A stretch of 64,000 bases of DNA from Nitrososphaerota archaeon. Its GTDB lineage: Archaea; Thermoproteota; Nitrososphaeria; Nitrososphaerales; Gagatemarchaeaceae. Of this stretch, positions 9,118 through 18,668 are shown piece by piece. Below the pieces are notes generated by a model. It saw only the letters and a program-made list of their open reading frames with translations, ran no database searches and had not been told where the DNA came from. Position 1 is the first letter of the stretch; the number at the start of each line of letters is the position of its first letter. The DNA is taken from NCBI GenBank assembly GCA_027339745.1, contig DAHWNW010000002.1, positions 55,725 through 119,724 of the forward strand. Reading direction: 5' to 3'. The position numbers and the translations under genes are program-made.

Positions 9118-10283
9118 TGTGACCTTGCCAGCTCCCGCCTGGTTATCAGCATGCGGAGCACCTCGGAAGTCCCCTCGCCGATCGTGAGGAGCCGGGCGTC
9201 CCTCCAGTGCCTATGGAGGTCGTCGGTGGTGTATCCGTACCCTCCGTGGATCTGGATGGCTTCGTCGCACGCCCTCAGAGACATCTCCGTGGCGTACACT
9301 TTAGCCTGCGAAGCCTCTGATGCGTAGTCACCCCCCATCTCCTTGATCCTCGACGCGTACAGGTAGAGGAGCCGGCCCGCGCTGATCCCTATCTTGGTGT
9401 CTGCCAGCTTCGCCCTCACCAGCTGGAAGTCTGCTATGGCCTTGCCGAACGCGCGCCTCTTCCGGGCGTAGGCAAGCGCCTCCCCATAGGCGAGCTGGGC
9501 GATGCCGACGTTGAGCGCCGCGACGACTATCCTCGCCCCGTGAAGGATCTCCTTCGCGTAGTCCGCCCCCTTTCCCTCCTCACCGATGAGGTTATCCTCG
9601 GGGATCCGGCAGTCGGAGAAGATCACCTCACGCGTCTTCGAGCCCCTCATCCCGAGCTTCTTCAGCTCGGCGCCGAACTTCAGCCCCGCCCTAGGCGACT
9701 CCACCATGAAGCATGAGGGACCCCTCGAGGTCTTCGCGAAGACGAGGTAGACATCCGCCTCCCCGGCGTTGGTGATGAACATCTTAGAGCCGTTGATCGT
9801 GTACTCCCCCGCGCGCTTCTCCGCTGTCGTGGCCATGTTCCCCGCGTCGGAGCCTGACGCAGGCTCTGTGAGCGCGAACGACGCCAGCTTCCTTCCTGAG
9901 ATTATACCCCGCAAGTGGAGCTGGCGCTGCGACTCGGTCCCAAACCTAAGAACACCCTCCGCCACGGCGTTGTGTATCTCAATGCTGAGGGCCATAGAAG
10001 CGTCGGCGGTGCCGAGGAGCTCCACGGCGGTAGCATAGACCGAGAAGGGCAACCCGAGCCCCCCGTACTCGGCGGGGAACGGGATCAGGCTCATCCCCTG
10101 CTTGAGGAGAGCGGACCTTGGCCCGGCCATAGCCGCCTCTCCGGTGTCCAGCTTCGGGGAGAGCGGGAGTATCTCCTTCTCCATGTATAATCCGAGGGAG
10201 GAGAGGACATCGGAGTATTCCTGGTGCTTGGCCGGGTGGAGCATCTGCATGAGCAGCTTGTGTTCGGCGGTGTATATCGTCAA
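9114..10283 (-). CDS. Acyl-CoA dehydrogenase
   Basis: 'FALTEPASGSDAGNM', 'GSKMFITNAG', 'QIHGGYGYTTD...RDARLLTIGEGTSEV' ACAD signatures. TTG start. Confidence 0.9.
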   Translation of the reverse strand: MTIYTAEHKLLMQMLHPAKHQEYSDVLSSLGLYMEKEILPLSPKLDTGEAAMAGPRSALLKQGMSLIPFPAEYGGLGLPFSVYATAVELLGTADASMALSIEIHNAVAEGVLRFGTESQRQLHLRGIISGRKLASFALTEPASGSDAGNMATTAEKRAGEYTINGSKMFITNAGEADVYLVFAKTSRGPSCFMVESPRAGLKFGAELKKLGMRGSKTREVIFSDCRIPEDNLIGEEGKGADYAKEILHGARIVVAALNVGIAQLAYGEALAYARKRRAFGKAIADFQLVRAKLADTKIGISAGRLLYLYASRIKEMGGDYASEASQAKVYATEMSLRACDEAIQIHGGYGYTTDDLHRHWRDARLLTIGEGTSEVLRMLITRRELARSQ

Positions 10284-10313
10284 AGCGAGACGCTTTGCGT
10301 TCCCGGCTCCTCC

Positions 10314-10354
10314 AGAGATTTAATCGTTCTCACTAACGAGAATTCCTAAAAGAG
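10314..10354. promoter_or_regulatory. Divergent promoter region with two TATA-like boxes flanking a short palindrome
   Basis: 'GATTTAATCG' (10317-10326) lies about 31-39 nt upstream of the acd TTG on the minus strand. 'CCTAAAAGAG' (10345-10354) lies about 26 nt upstream of the prpD-like ATG. Between them is TTCTC-N6-GAGAA (10327-10342). Confidence 0.4.
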
Positions 10355-10374
10355 CTCAGCCCAGGCGGCGGGCT

Positions 10375-11745
10375 ATGGACCTGGCGGGCCGCCTCGCAGA
10401 CTACGTGACCTCGACTAAGTTCGGGAACATCGACCCAAGGACAGTCAAGGAGATGAAGGCCAGGGTGGTCGACGCCATAGGGTGTGCCATAGGGGCGTTC
10501 GGCGAAAGACCCATCGAGATGGCCAGGAGCGCGGTCTTAGGCCTGAGGAGCGGTGGCCCGTCGAGCGTCATCGGGACAGGCAAGCGGACCTCCCCCGACC
10601 TTGCCACCTTCGTGAACGGGTTCATGCTGCGGTACTTTGACTACAACGACACCTACCTCTCGAGGGAGCCTGCCCACCCAAGCGACAACATCGCGCCATG
10701 CCTCGCGGTGGCAGAGTCCGAGGGCGCTACGGGGAAGGAGCTCGTCTCGGCGGCGGTGGCAGCCTACGAGGTCCAGTGCAGGCTCTGCGACGCCGCCGAC
10801 ATAAGGCACCGGGGATGGGACCACGTCAACTACGGGCTGGTGTCGTCATCACTCGCCGCGGCGAAGCTGATGGGCCTGGACGCGAAGAAGGCGGAGCAGG
10901 CGGTCAACATCGCGGTGAGCGGGCACATAGCCATGCGCCAGGTAAGGGCGGGAGAGCTGTCGATGTGGAAGGGCGCGTCCTTCGCCAACGCCGCGAGGAA
11001 CGGGGTCTTCGCGGCCGCCCTGGCCAAAGACGGAGTGACCGGGCCCTCGCCGGTCTTTGAAGGAGAGATGGGCTTCTTCAGGCAGGTGTCGGGCCCCTTC
11101 GACCTCGACGTCAGCGGGTTCGGCGGGCGGGGAGGGAGATACAAGGTCCCCGAGACGTACGTGAAGTACTGGCCCGCCGAATATCATGCGCAATCGGCGA
11201 TCTGGGCCGCGCTGGCCGTAAGGGGGGACCTGAAGGGCCCGGGTGAAGCGAAGTCAGTCCTGGTCGAGACCCACGAGGCAGGGTACACGATTTTGGGCAA
11301 AGACCCGGAGAAGTGGCATCCGGGGACCAAAGAGACCGCGGACCACAGCCTACCATACATAGTTGGCATGGCGCTCCTGGAGGGGAAGATAGACAATGAG
11401 ACGTATTCGGAGCGAAACCTCAGATCAGCCCGGGTCCTCCGCTTCCTGAGAAAAGTGGAAGTGAAGGAGGACCCCACGCTGACGGCCATGTACCCCGCCC
11501 AGGGGATGGCAAACAGGGTGACAGTCGTCACGAAGTCAGGCGCGGTCTTTTCCAAGGAGGTGGACGTCCCAAGGGGTCACCCCCTGGACCCTATGGGGAG
11601 GGAAGAGCTGGAGCAGAAGTTCAGGGCCCTCACCGAGGGGAAGCTCTCCTCAGAGAGGCGGAGGGAGCTCCTCGACCTCCTGTGGAACTTGGAAGAGGTC
11701 GATGACCTGAGAGAGGTTTTCAAGTTGATGAAAGTCATGGCCTAA
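10375..11745 (+). CDS. MmgE/PrpD family protein (2-methylcitrate dehydratase-like)
   Basis: Length and collinear MmgE/PrpD pattern ('DAIGCAIGA', 'HPSDNIAPCLAVAE', 'WDHVNYG', 'ADHSLPY'). Confidence 0.8.
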   Translation: MDLAGRLADYVTSTKFGNIDPRTVKEMKARVVDAIGCAIGAFGERPIEMARSAVLGLRSGGPSSVIGTGKRTSPDLATFVNGFMLRYFDYNDTYLSREPAHPSDNIAPCLAVAESEGATGKELVSAAVAAYEVQCRLCDAADIRHRGWDHVNYGLVSSSLAAAKLMGLDAKKAEQAVNIAVSGHIAMRQVRAGELSMWKGASFANAARNGVFAAALAKDGVTGPSPVFEGEMGFFRQVSGPFDLDVSGFGGRGGRYKVPETYVKYWPAEYHAQSAIWAALAVRGDLKGPGEAKSVLVETHEAGYTILGKDPEKWHPGTKETADHSLPYIVGMALLEGKIDNETYSERNLRSARVLRFLRKVEVKEDPTLTAMYPAQGMANRVTVVTKSGAVFSKEVDVPRGHPLDPMGREELEQKFRALTEGKLSSERRRELLDLLWNLEEVDDLREVFKLMKVMA

Positions 11746-11790
11746 ACCCCGGCTGTCTCACCTATATCATCGCCTGTCGCCCCCCTTGAT

Positions 11791-12564
11791 ATGGAGTCTG
11801 AGGAGCTCCTCAGGAAGGCGTTCGGCCTGAACTCCTACGAGTCGAAGCTGTACGTCACCCTCCTAGGCCGCGGGATGAAGGCAGGGGAGGCGGCCCAGGC
11901 GTCGGGGGTCCCGCAGTCGCGGACTTACGACACCCTCCGTTCCCTCGAGCAGAAGGGTTTCGTGATGGAGTCGGACGGCGTCTACAAGTCCGCGACCCCC
12001 TCGGCGGCCCTTGGTTCGAGGTTGGCCAAATTCGTCTCCGACTTCGAAGCAGGGCTCGAAGGGCGGCAAGCGGCGATGCGGAAGATAGTCAGGGAGCTGG
12101 AGCCTCTCGCGCGGCCGGTAGATGGGGAGCAGGAGCCCGTGATGCTGAAGGGACTCGACAGCATAACAGCGGCGTTCCTGGAAGTCCTGCGACGTTCCGA
12201 CGAGGCGTTCCTCCTCGTCAGGAAGGGGCTGGCGGCCAAGGCAGCCTTCCTAGGAGTATTGGGGCAGGCGAGCAGGAGGCCGAAGCAAGTGAAACTGCTG
12301 GTCCCGGCGAACCAGAGGCTCTCCCGGGCCGAGCTTCGGGAGGCCGGAGAGAAGGGGCTGGAGGTCCGCCGCTCTGACGGCGTGCTGCTCGACATGATGG
12401 CAGGGGATAGGGGCGGGGTCATAATCGGGGTGCCGGCGAGGGGGAGGGACGAGTCATTCGCGGCCGTTGCCATTTGGGTGAGGAGCCCCTCGTTCGCCCA
12501 GTCGGTGATGGAGTCGCTCGACCAACAGTGGAGGGCAGCCAGGCCTCTCCGGGGCAACCTCTAA
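11791..12564 (+). CDS. TrmB-family transcriptional regulator
   Basis: N-terminal wHTH 'GLNSYESKLYVTLLGRGMKAGEAAQASGVPQSRTYDTLRSLEQKGFV' plus a C-terminal effector-like domain. Confidence 0.75.
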   Translation: MESEELLRKAFGLNSYESKLYVTLLGRGMKAGEAAQASGVPQSRTYDTLRSLEQKGFVMESDGVYKSATPSAALGSRLAKFVSDFEAGLEGRQAAMRKIVRELEPLARPVDGEQEPVMLKGLDSITAAFLEVLRRSDEAFLLVRKGLAAKAAFLGVLGQASRRPKQVKLLVPANQRLSRAELREAGEKGLEVRRSDGVLLDMMAGDRGGVIIGVPARGRDESFAAVAIWVRSPSFAQSVMESLDQQWRAARPLRGNL

Positions 12565-12588
12565 TTACCACCTTATAGTAGTAATCGT

Positions 12589-13578
12589 GTGAAGCTCGCC
12601 GTGGGTTTCAACCCGGTGCTCAGCGTGCAGGCCGCGGTGGCTCAGGCGTCGCGCGCAGAATCCCTCGGCTACGACTCGGTCTGGGTTCACGAGAGCCTGT
12701 ACCAGAGGGACGTGGTCACGTACATGTCGGCGATGGCGTCCGGGACCAGGAGGATTGGGCTCGGCTCCGGCGTGATCAACACGTTCACCCGCCACCCTGT
12801 CACCGCCGCGACGACGTTCGCCACGCTTTCCGAGCTGTCAGGCGGGAGGGTGACCCTGGGGCTCGGGCTCGGGAGCTTCCCCACCATCCCGCTCATCGGG
12901 CATCGGATATTCCCCGTCGGAGAGACCAAGCCTATCCGCAGGATAAGGGAGTACGTCGAGGTGGTCAGGTCAGTCTGGGAAGGGGGGGAAGTCGACTTCG
13001 ACGGCGACTTCTTCCAAGTACACGGCCTGACCCTCGGCTTCAAGGTCGACCGGAGGGTTCCGATCTTCATCGCCTCCCTTTCGCCGAAGACCCAGGAGTT
13101 CGCGGCCACCGTCGCGGACGGCGTGATACTCTCACCTGCGCTTAGCACGGTCCTGGCGACGGGGGAGATGGTGGAAAAGGTCAGGCGAGGGGAAGCGAAG
13201 AGAGGCCACGCTGTGGAGAGGGCTTCATACATGCTCACCTCGGTCGATAGGGACCCGGTCATGGCGGCGAAGGCCGTGAAGGACTATTACTTCTTCGTCT
13301 ATCAACTGGCCGAGGTTGTCAAGCCCGAGTCACTCGCGCCCTACGGAGTGGGTGAGGAGGACCTCCGGCCGATGAGGGAGGCGTGGAGGAGAGGGGACGA
13401 GGTGGGGGCGAGGAGGCTGATCCCCGAAGCTGCGATCGAAGCGCTCACGGTCACGGGGACCCCCGACCACGCGCTCGCCAGGGTGGGCGAGTACATGAAG
13501 GCGGGGGTCACGCTCCCAATCCTAATGCCGATAGGGGACGTAGGCTTGGCTTTGAGCGAGCTCGCGCCAGGCGGCTAG
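12589..13578 (+). CDS. Luciferase-like monooxygenase (LLM) family flavin/F420-dependent oxidoreductase
   Basis: TIM-barrel LLM pattern ('ESLGYDSVWVHE', 'LGLGSG', 'GGRVTLGLGLG'). GTG start. Cofactor cannot be decided from sequence alone. Confidence 0.75.
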   Translation: MKLAVGFNPVLSVQAAVAQASRAESLGYDSVWVHESLYQRDVVTYMSAMASGTRRIGLGSGVINTFTRHPVTAATTFATLSELSGGRVTLGLGLGSFPTIPLIGHRIFPVGETKPIRRIREYVEVVRSVWEGGEVDFDGDFFQVHGLTLGFKVDRRVPIFIASLSPKTQEFAATVADGVILSPALSTVLATGEMVEKVRRGEAKRGHAVERASYMLTSVDRDPVMAAKAVKDYYFFVYQLAEVVKPESLAPYGVGEEDLRPMREAWRRGDEVGARRLIPEAAIEALTVTGTPDHALARVGEYMKAGVTLPILMPIGDVGLALSELAPGG

Positions 13579-14504
13579 AACACCGGCAAGTAGATTGACA
13601 GGACTAGAGACACCATATACAACACGGCGAACTGCAACGCCAGCGCCGCTGTCTTAGGGTCGGCGTCGTCCGGGACAGGTCCCCTGAACATCTTCCAAAG
13701 CGGCACGGCCCCCGGGAGCGTGAGCAGGACCAGGAGCGACCAAGCGCTGACAAACCCCGACAGGACTTCCCCTAAGACGATGATGTAAGCGAGGGCGAGA
13801 AGCCACCCGTAGACCCTGGAAGCCGTCCTCTCTCCCAGCCTGACGGCGATAGTCCTCGTGTTGACAGAGCCGTCGTAGCTTATGTCCCTTATGTTGTTCG
13901 CGAGCAGGACCAGGGCTACGAAGAGGCCGACGGGGATCGCCCCGACCATCGGAACCCAGGAGAGCGCCCGCGTCTGCACGACGTATGCGCCCAGGGGGAT
14001 TAGGAGCCCCCACATCACGAACACAGTGACTTCGCCGGCTCCCCTGGCCTTCAGGACGACAGGGTCGGATGTGTAGAGGACGCTCCCCAGCACCCCCGCG
14101 CCCGTGATGATCAGGATTGCAGGCCCGGACACCAACGCAAGGTAAGCGGCAGCTGCGAGGGTGACAGCGTAGAGGGCCAGTGAGAAGTCGAGTATGGTCG
14201 AGAGCGGGACCTCCCCTTCGGCTCCTGGGTGCAGCCTGTACCTCGTCGTAGGCGCGCCCTCCTTGTCTACTCCGTGCTTCACGTCGAAGTAGTCGTTGAG
14301 GATGTTGGTAGCCGCGTGGAAGGCGACCATCCCCCCGAGCGTGAGGAAGTAGAGCAGGAGGTCGGCCTTCCCTTCGAGCGCGGCGAGGAGGGTGCCGAGC
14401 GTGACAGAGGAGAACGTCATAGTGAAGGACCATGGCCTGGCTGAAAGGAATGCTGTCCTGACGCTGAGGCCTCGGGGGTGGCCAACGGCCCTCGTGCTGA
14501 ACAT
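13575..14504 (-). CDS. UbiA-superfamily aromatic prenyltransferase (MenA-like)
   Basis: Multi-TM protein with the 'NDYFDVKHGVD' Asp-rich motif and a second Asp-containing motif 'NNIRDISYD'. Confidence 0.75.
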   Translation of the reverse strand: MFSTRAVGHPRGLSVRTAFLSARPWSFTMTFSSVTLGTLLAALEGKADLLLYFLTLGGMVAFHAATNILNDYFDVKHGVDKEGAPTTRYRLHPGAEGEVPLSTILDFSLALYAVTLAAAAYLALVSGPAILIITGAGVLGSVLYTSDPVVLKARGAGEVTVFVMWGLLIPLGAYVVQTRALSWVPMVGAIPVGLFVALVLLANNIRDISYDGSVNTRTIAVRLGERTASRVYGWLLALAYIIVLGEVLSGFVSAWSLLVLLTLPGAVPLWKMFRGPVPDDADPKTAALALQFAVLYMVSLVLSIYLPVF

Positions 14505-14628
14505 GCTATTATTACCACACGTCGGTGGTAATATTAAGATTGGTAGAACCCCTCCGCGATGTAAGGTAACTGGCGGCGCATGAGGCCGTGCGATGGGGAT
14601 TTAACACAGTCAGCCCCGGCGGCGCAGG

Positions 14629-15246
14629 TTGAGGAAGAGCAGGAGGGTCGCGCTTGGCCTGACGATCGTGGCGGTCGGGATGGCCCCCCTCTTCGTCCTC
14701 CCTGGGAGGGACTTCGCCCTGTCTACGTTCGTGGCCACGGGGTGCATGGGAGCGGTGGCCGTCGCCTCGGGAGGGTACCGCAAGCTCTACTCCCCCCGCG
14801 CCTGGACCCTGGCTCTGGGGGTGACCTCTGCCGCCGGGCTCTACGCGCTGTTCTATGCAGGGAACCTGGCTATCGCGGCGTTCCATCCTCTTGGAGTCGG
14901 AGCCCAGGCGGAGACGTCGATCTACGCGCTGATAGCTTCCTCTGGGAACCCGGTCCCTCTCCAAGTCCTCGTGCTAGCCTGCGACTCGCTCGGCTTCGAG
15001 TCGTACTTCAGAGGGACTCTGCAGGCGCACGCCTCGCCGAGGCTCGGGGGGGCGGCCCCCTTCGCCGTGGCGGCGGTGGACGCACTGATACACGCCGCGA
15101 GCCTCAATATCCTCTGGGTGGTCGCGACCTTCTTAGCCGACTCTGTCTGGGGGCTCACCTACTATCGGACGGGTGACCTGAGCTCGAGCGTGCTCAGCCA
15201 CTTCGTGTGGGACATCGCTATATTCATGGTCGCGCCGATAAGGTGA
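14629..15246 (+). CDS. CPBP-family intramembrane metalloprotease (CAAX protease-like)
   Basis: Hydrophobic protein with 'ESYFRGTL', 'ALIHAAS' and 'SHFVWD' motifs in CPBP order. Preferred over the Arg/Gly-rich frame 14580..15176. Confidence 0.6.
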   Translation: MRKSRRVALGLTIVAVGMAPLFVLPGRDFALSTFVATGCMGAVAVASGGYRKLYSPRAWTLALGVTSAAGLYALFYAGNLAIAAFHPLGVGAQAETSIYALIASSGNPVPLQVLVLACDSLGFESYFRGTLQAHASPRLGGAAPFAVAAVDALIHAASLNILWVVATFLADSVWGLTYYRTGDLSSSVLSHFVWDIAIFMVAPIR

Positions 15247-15314
15247 GCTACGAAGGAGACGCCGCCTGCCTCCGCTCGCTTATAACGACCGGAAGGCGCG
15301 GGGGCGTGAAGCCA

Positions 15315-17288
15315 ATGCGCGAGGGAAGGCTGCTCTGGGAACCCGACCCGGGCCTCGTCAGGCGGACGGCCATGTCGGCGTACATGAAATGGCTGGAAAA
15401 GAGGGGGTCCAGCTTCGAAGGGTACGACGAGCTCTGGCGATGGTCCGTGGACGACCTGGAAGGGTTCTGGGGGTCCATCTGGAAGTACTTTGACGTCGCA
15501 GGCGCGGACTATCCGGTGCTCGCAGAGCGCAAGATGCCGGGGGCGAAGTGGTTCGATGGGGCAGAGCTCAACTTCGCAGAGCGAGTGTTCGCGAAGGGGA
15601 GGGATGGGCCGGCGCTCATCTGCAGAGGGGAGAGGGCGCAGGGGAAAGTAGTTGCCTGGCAGGAGCTCGAGCGGAAGACGGCGGCCCTCGCCAGAACCCT
15701 GAGGGATTCAGGTGTGGGGCGAGGAGACAGGGTTGCGGGATACCTTCCGAACGGGCCCGAAGCGATAGTAGGTGTCCTGGCCGCCGCGAGCGTCGGAGCC
15801 ATCTGGTCTGGGAGCCCTCCAGAGTTCGGGACCCAATCAGTTGTAGACAGGTTCGGGCAGATAGGACCTAAGGTTCTGATTGCCACCGACGGCTACAGCT
15901 ACGGCGGGAAGTGGACCGACAGAGCGGACGATGTCTCCTCCATCGTGAAGTCCATCCCAAGCATAAAGAAGGTCATCTCCGTGTCTGGGGGAAGCAAGGG
16001 GAGAGGATTAGCTGGCTCAGATGCTTGGGAGGAGGCGACGGGAGGCAAGGAGAAGCTCGACCACGAGTTCGTCCCCTTCGAGCACCCGCTGTGGATCCTG
16101 TACTCGTCTGGGACCACCGGGCTCCCGAAGCCGATAGTGCACTCGCATGGTGGGATACTAGTCGAGCTCCTGAAGTCCCTCGCCCTGCACAACGACATAA
16201 GGGAGGGGGACCGCTTCTTCTGGTACACCACGACAGGGTGGATGATGTGGAACTACCTCTTGGGGGGGCTCCTGCACGGAGCCACCCTCGTCCTATACAA
16301 CGGCCACCCCGCCTGGCCTCGCCCTGATTCTCTGTGGTCCTTGATGGAAGAGACAGAGACGACGTATATGGGGACAAGCGCGGCCTACATCTCCGCCTGC
16401 ATGAAAGCGCGGGTCGAACCGCGAGGTTCGTTCAGCCTGAGCACTTTGAGGGGGATAGGCTCGACCGGGTCGCCCCTCTCGACTGACGGATTCGAATGGG
16501 TGTACGCGAAGGTCAAGGATGGCGTCTGGCTCGAGTCACTGAGCGGAGGGACAGATGTCTGCACGGCATTCGTCACAGGGTCGCCGACGCTCCCTGTGTA
16601 CTCGGGGGAGCTTCAGTGCAGGGCGCTGGGGGCGAGCGTCCAGGCGTTCGACGAGAACGGCAGCGCAGTCGTCGGCAAGGTCGGAGAGCTGGTCATCACA
16701 GAGCCCATGCCCAGCATGCCCGTGTTCTTCTGGGGGGACGAGGATGGGAGCAGATACAGGGAGAGCTACTTCGACATGTTCCCCGGGGTCTGGAGGCATG
16801 GAGACTGGATAAAAGTGACCAGCAGAGGGACGTGCGTAATCTACGGCCGTTCAGACGCCACGATAAAGAGGCAAGGAGTGAGGATAGGCACGAGTGAAAT
16901 CTACAGGGCAGTCGAGAAGGTCCCCGAAGTCTCCGACTCCATGGCGGTCGACGTGGTTTCGAAGGAAGGGGGCGAGGAGATGGTCCTCTTCGTTTCGCTC
17001 AACGAGGGGGCGTCGCTGGACGAAGAGCTTGCCGCCAAGATCAAGGCCCAAATCAGGGCCGACCTCTCTTCGCGGTACCTCCCAGACAGGCTCGTCGCGG
17101 TCCCAGCCATTCCTCGGACGTTGAACGGGAAGAAGCTCGAAGTGCCGGTGAAGAGGATCCTCGCCGGGGCGGACCCGGAGAAGGTCCTGAATAAGGGATC
17201 CCTGGCAGACCCCGCATCGGTGGAACACTTCGTGAAGATCGCGAAGGGGCTCATCGCCGGCGGCCGGGGGGATTTGGAAGCGAATTAA
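15315..17288 (+). CDS. Acetoacetyl-CoA synthetase (acetoacetate-CoA ligase)
   Basis: N-terminus 'LLWEPDPGLVRRTAMSAYMKWLEKRG...YDELWRWSVDDLEGFW' and AMP-binding motif 'ILYSSGTTGLPKPIVH'. ATG at 15315; the track ORF starts at 15207 inside the preceding gene. Confidence 0.85.
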   Translation: MREGRLLWEPDPGLVRRTAMSAYMKWLEKRGSSFEGYDELWRWSVDDLEGFWGSIWKYFDVAGADYPVLAERKMPGAKWFDGAELNFAERVFAKGRDGPALICRGERAQGKVVAWQELERKTAALARTLRDSGVGRGDRVAGYLPNGPEAIVGVLAAASVGAIWSGSPPEFGTQSVVDRFGQIGPKVLIATDGYSYGGKWTDRADDVSSIVKSIPSIKKVISVSGGSKGRGLAGSDAWEEATGGKEKLDHEFVPFEHPLWILYSSGTTGLPKPIVHSHGGILVELLKSLALHNDIREGDRFFWYTTTGWMMWNYLLGGLLHGATLVLYNGHPAWPRPDSLWSLMEETETTYMGTSAAYISACMKARVEPRGSFSLSTLRGIGSTGSPLSTDGFEWVYAKVKDGVWLESLSGGTDVCTAFVTGSPTLPVYSGELQCRALGASVQAFDENGSAVVGKVGELVITEPMPSMPVFFWGDEDGSRYRESYFDMFPGVWRHGDWIKVTSRGTCVIYGRSDATIKRQGVRIGTSEIYRAVEKVPEVSDSMAVDVVSKEGGEEMVLFVSLNEGASLDEELAAKIKAQIRADLSSRYLPDRLVAVPAIPRTLNGKKLEVPVKRILAGADPEKVLNKGSLADPASVEHFVKIAKGLIAGGRGDLEAN

Positions 17289-17313
17289 TACAGGCACTCA
17301 GGCGGGAAAAGCT

Positions 17314-18666
17314 GTGCCAGGACAAAGGAAGGTATACATGATCTCCGGCGGGGTGACGAAGTTCGCGAAGGCCCACCCCGACATGGACTTCCGCATGATG
17401 GTCAAGCGTGCATTCGACTACGCCATGAAAGACGTCCCTGACCTACGGACGTCTGACATTGAGAGCAGCAGGATTTCTTACTTCTCGGACCATTTCGCCC
17501 GGCAGCTGAAAGCGGCTTCGATGGTGCAGGACTACCTGGGGCTGAACCCGAGGGACTCGAGGAGAATCGAGTGGGGGGGAGCCACCGGGGGCCAGGCCAT
17601 CCAGGCCGGATGGGAGACGGTAGCGAGCGGGAGGAACGAGGTGTGCCTCGTCGCCGGGTTCGAGACGATGTCTCACGTCGAGACCTGGAAGGGGAACGAG
17701 TTCATCGCCCTCGCTTCTGACACCAACTTCGACTATCCAGTGGGAGGTTTCTACACTGGATACTACGCGCTCATGGTCCAGCGGCACATCTACGAGTACC
17801 TGCGGAAGACGAAGTACGCCCACGTGAAAGACGAAAGGAAGGCCCAGAGGGCGGCAACGGAGGATGCGAAGAGGGTCATGGCCATGGTATCTGTGAAGAA
17901 CCACGTCAACGCGCAGCACAACCCCTATTCGCAATACCCGGAGCGGCTGACCATGAAGGCGGCCCTCGGGAGGGAGATGGTCGCTTATCCTCTGAACAGG
18001 CCTATGATATGCACCATGAGCGACGGGGCCGCTGTGGCGATACTCGCGTCAGAAGACGTCGCTTTCAAGTACACGGACCACCCGGTCCTTATCAAGGGGG
18101 TCGGGTGCGGAACCGACACAATGAGGCTCGCGGACAGGCCGCATGGGAGCGTGCCGCTGTTCTCATGGGAGAAGGCAGAGGACTACGCCAACCTGAAGTA
18201 CCCCGGGGTCCACTCATTCCGCGCCGGGAGGGCCGCCGCCCTCGAAGCGTATAAGAACGCAGGGGTGAGGAATCCGAAAGAGGAGCTGGACTTCGTCGAG
18301 CTCCACGACGCCTATGCGAGCTCGGAGATACAGACTTACGAAGACATAGGACTCTGCAAGTACGGCGAAGGCTACGACTTCGTGGACCAGGGGCACCCAT
18401 TCCTAGAGGGGATGGACTACGGGTTCGACCTCCCCCACAAAGGGACCATCCCTGTCAACCCCTCGGGGGGGCTTATCGCCTGCGGGCACCCGGTTGGGGC
18501 GACCGGGATAATGCAGGGGGTCTTCGCTTTCTGGCAGCTGCAGGGGAGCATCGGGGAGCACTTTGGGAACGAAAGGCTGCAGATAAGGAACGCGAAGCGC
18601 GGGCTCATCCACTCCCATGCCGGGACAGGGAGCTCTGTGACCGTCACTATAATGGAGAGGGCGTAG
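17314..18666 (+). CDS. Archaeal-type thiolase (SCP-x/thiolase-like, partner of the DUF35 protein)
   Basis: Thiolase-fold pattern ('MICTMSDGAAVAILAS', 'VELHDAYASSEI', 'NPSGGLIACGHPVGATG'). Immediately followed by a DUF35 gene. GTG start. Confidence 0.8.
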   Translation: MPGQRKVYMISGGVTKFAKAHPDMDFRMMVKRAFDYAMKDVPDLRTSDIESSRISYFSDHFARQLKAASMVQDYLGLNPRDSRRIEWGGATGGQAIQAGWETVASGRNEVCLVAGFETMSHVETWKGNEFIALASDTNFDYPVGGFYTGYYALMVQRHIYEYLRKTKYAHVKDERKAQRAATEDAKRVMAMVSVKNHVNAQHNPYSQYPERLTMKAALGREMVAYPLNRPMICTMSDGAAVAILASEDVAFKYTDHPVLIKGVGCGTDTMRLADRPHGSVPLFSWEKAEDYANLKYPGVHSFRAGRAAALEAYKNAGVRNPKEELDFVELHDAYASSEIQTYEDIGLCKYGEGYDFVDQGHPFLEGMDYGFDLPHKGTIPVNPSGGLIACGHPVGATGIMQGVFAFWQLQGSIGEHFGNERLQIRNAKRGLIHSHAGTGSSVTVTIMERA

Positions 18667-18668
18667 AT

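Noticed and set aside
13654-14433. 259-aa alternative-frame ORF inside the MenA-like gene. Similar long shadow ORFs are 29360-30352, 42075-43166, 37125-38231, 19260-20132, 18417-19169, 39699-40529 and 3853-4758.
   Set aside because: All are Arg/Pro/Gly/His-rich with no hydrophobic core pattern. Each is fully contained in, or antisense to, a gene with clear family signatures.
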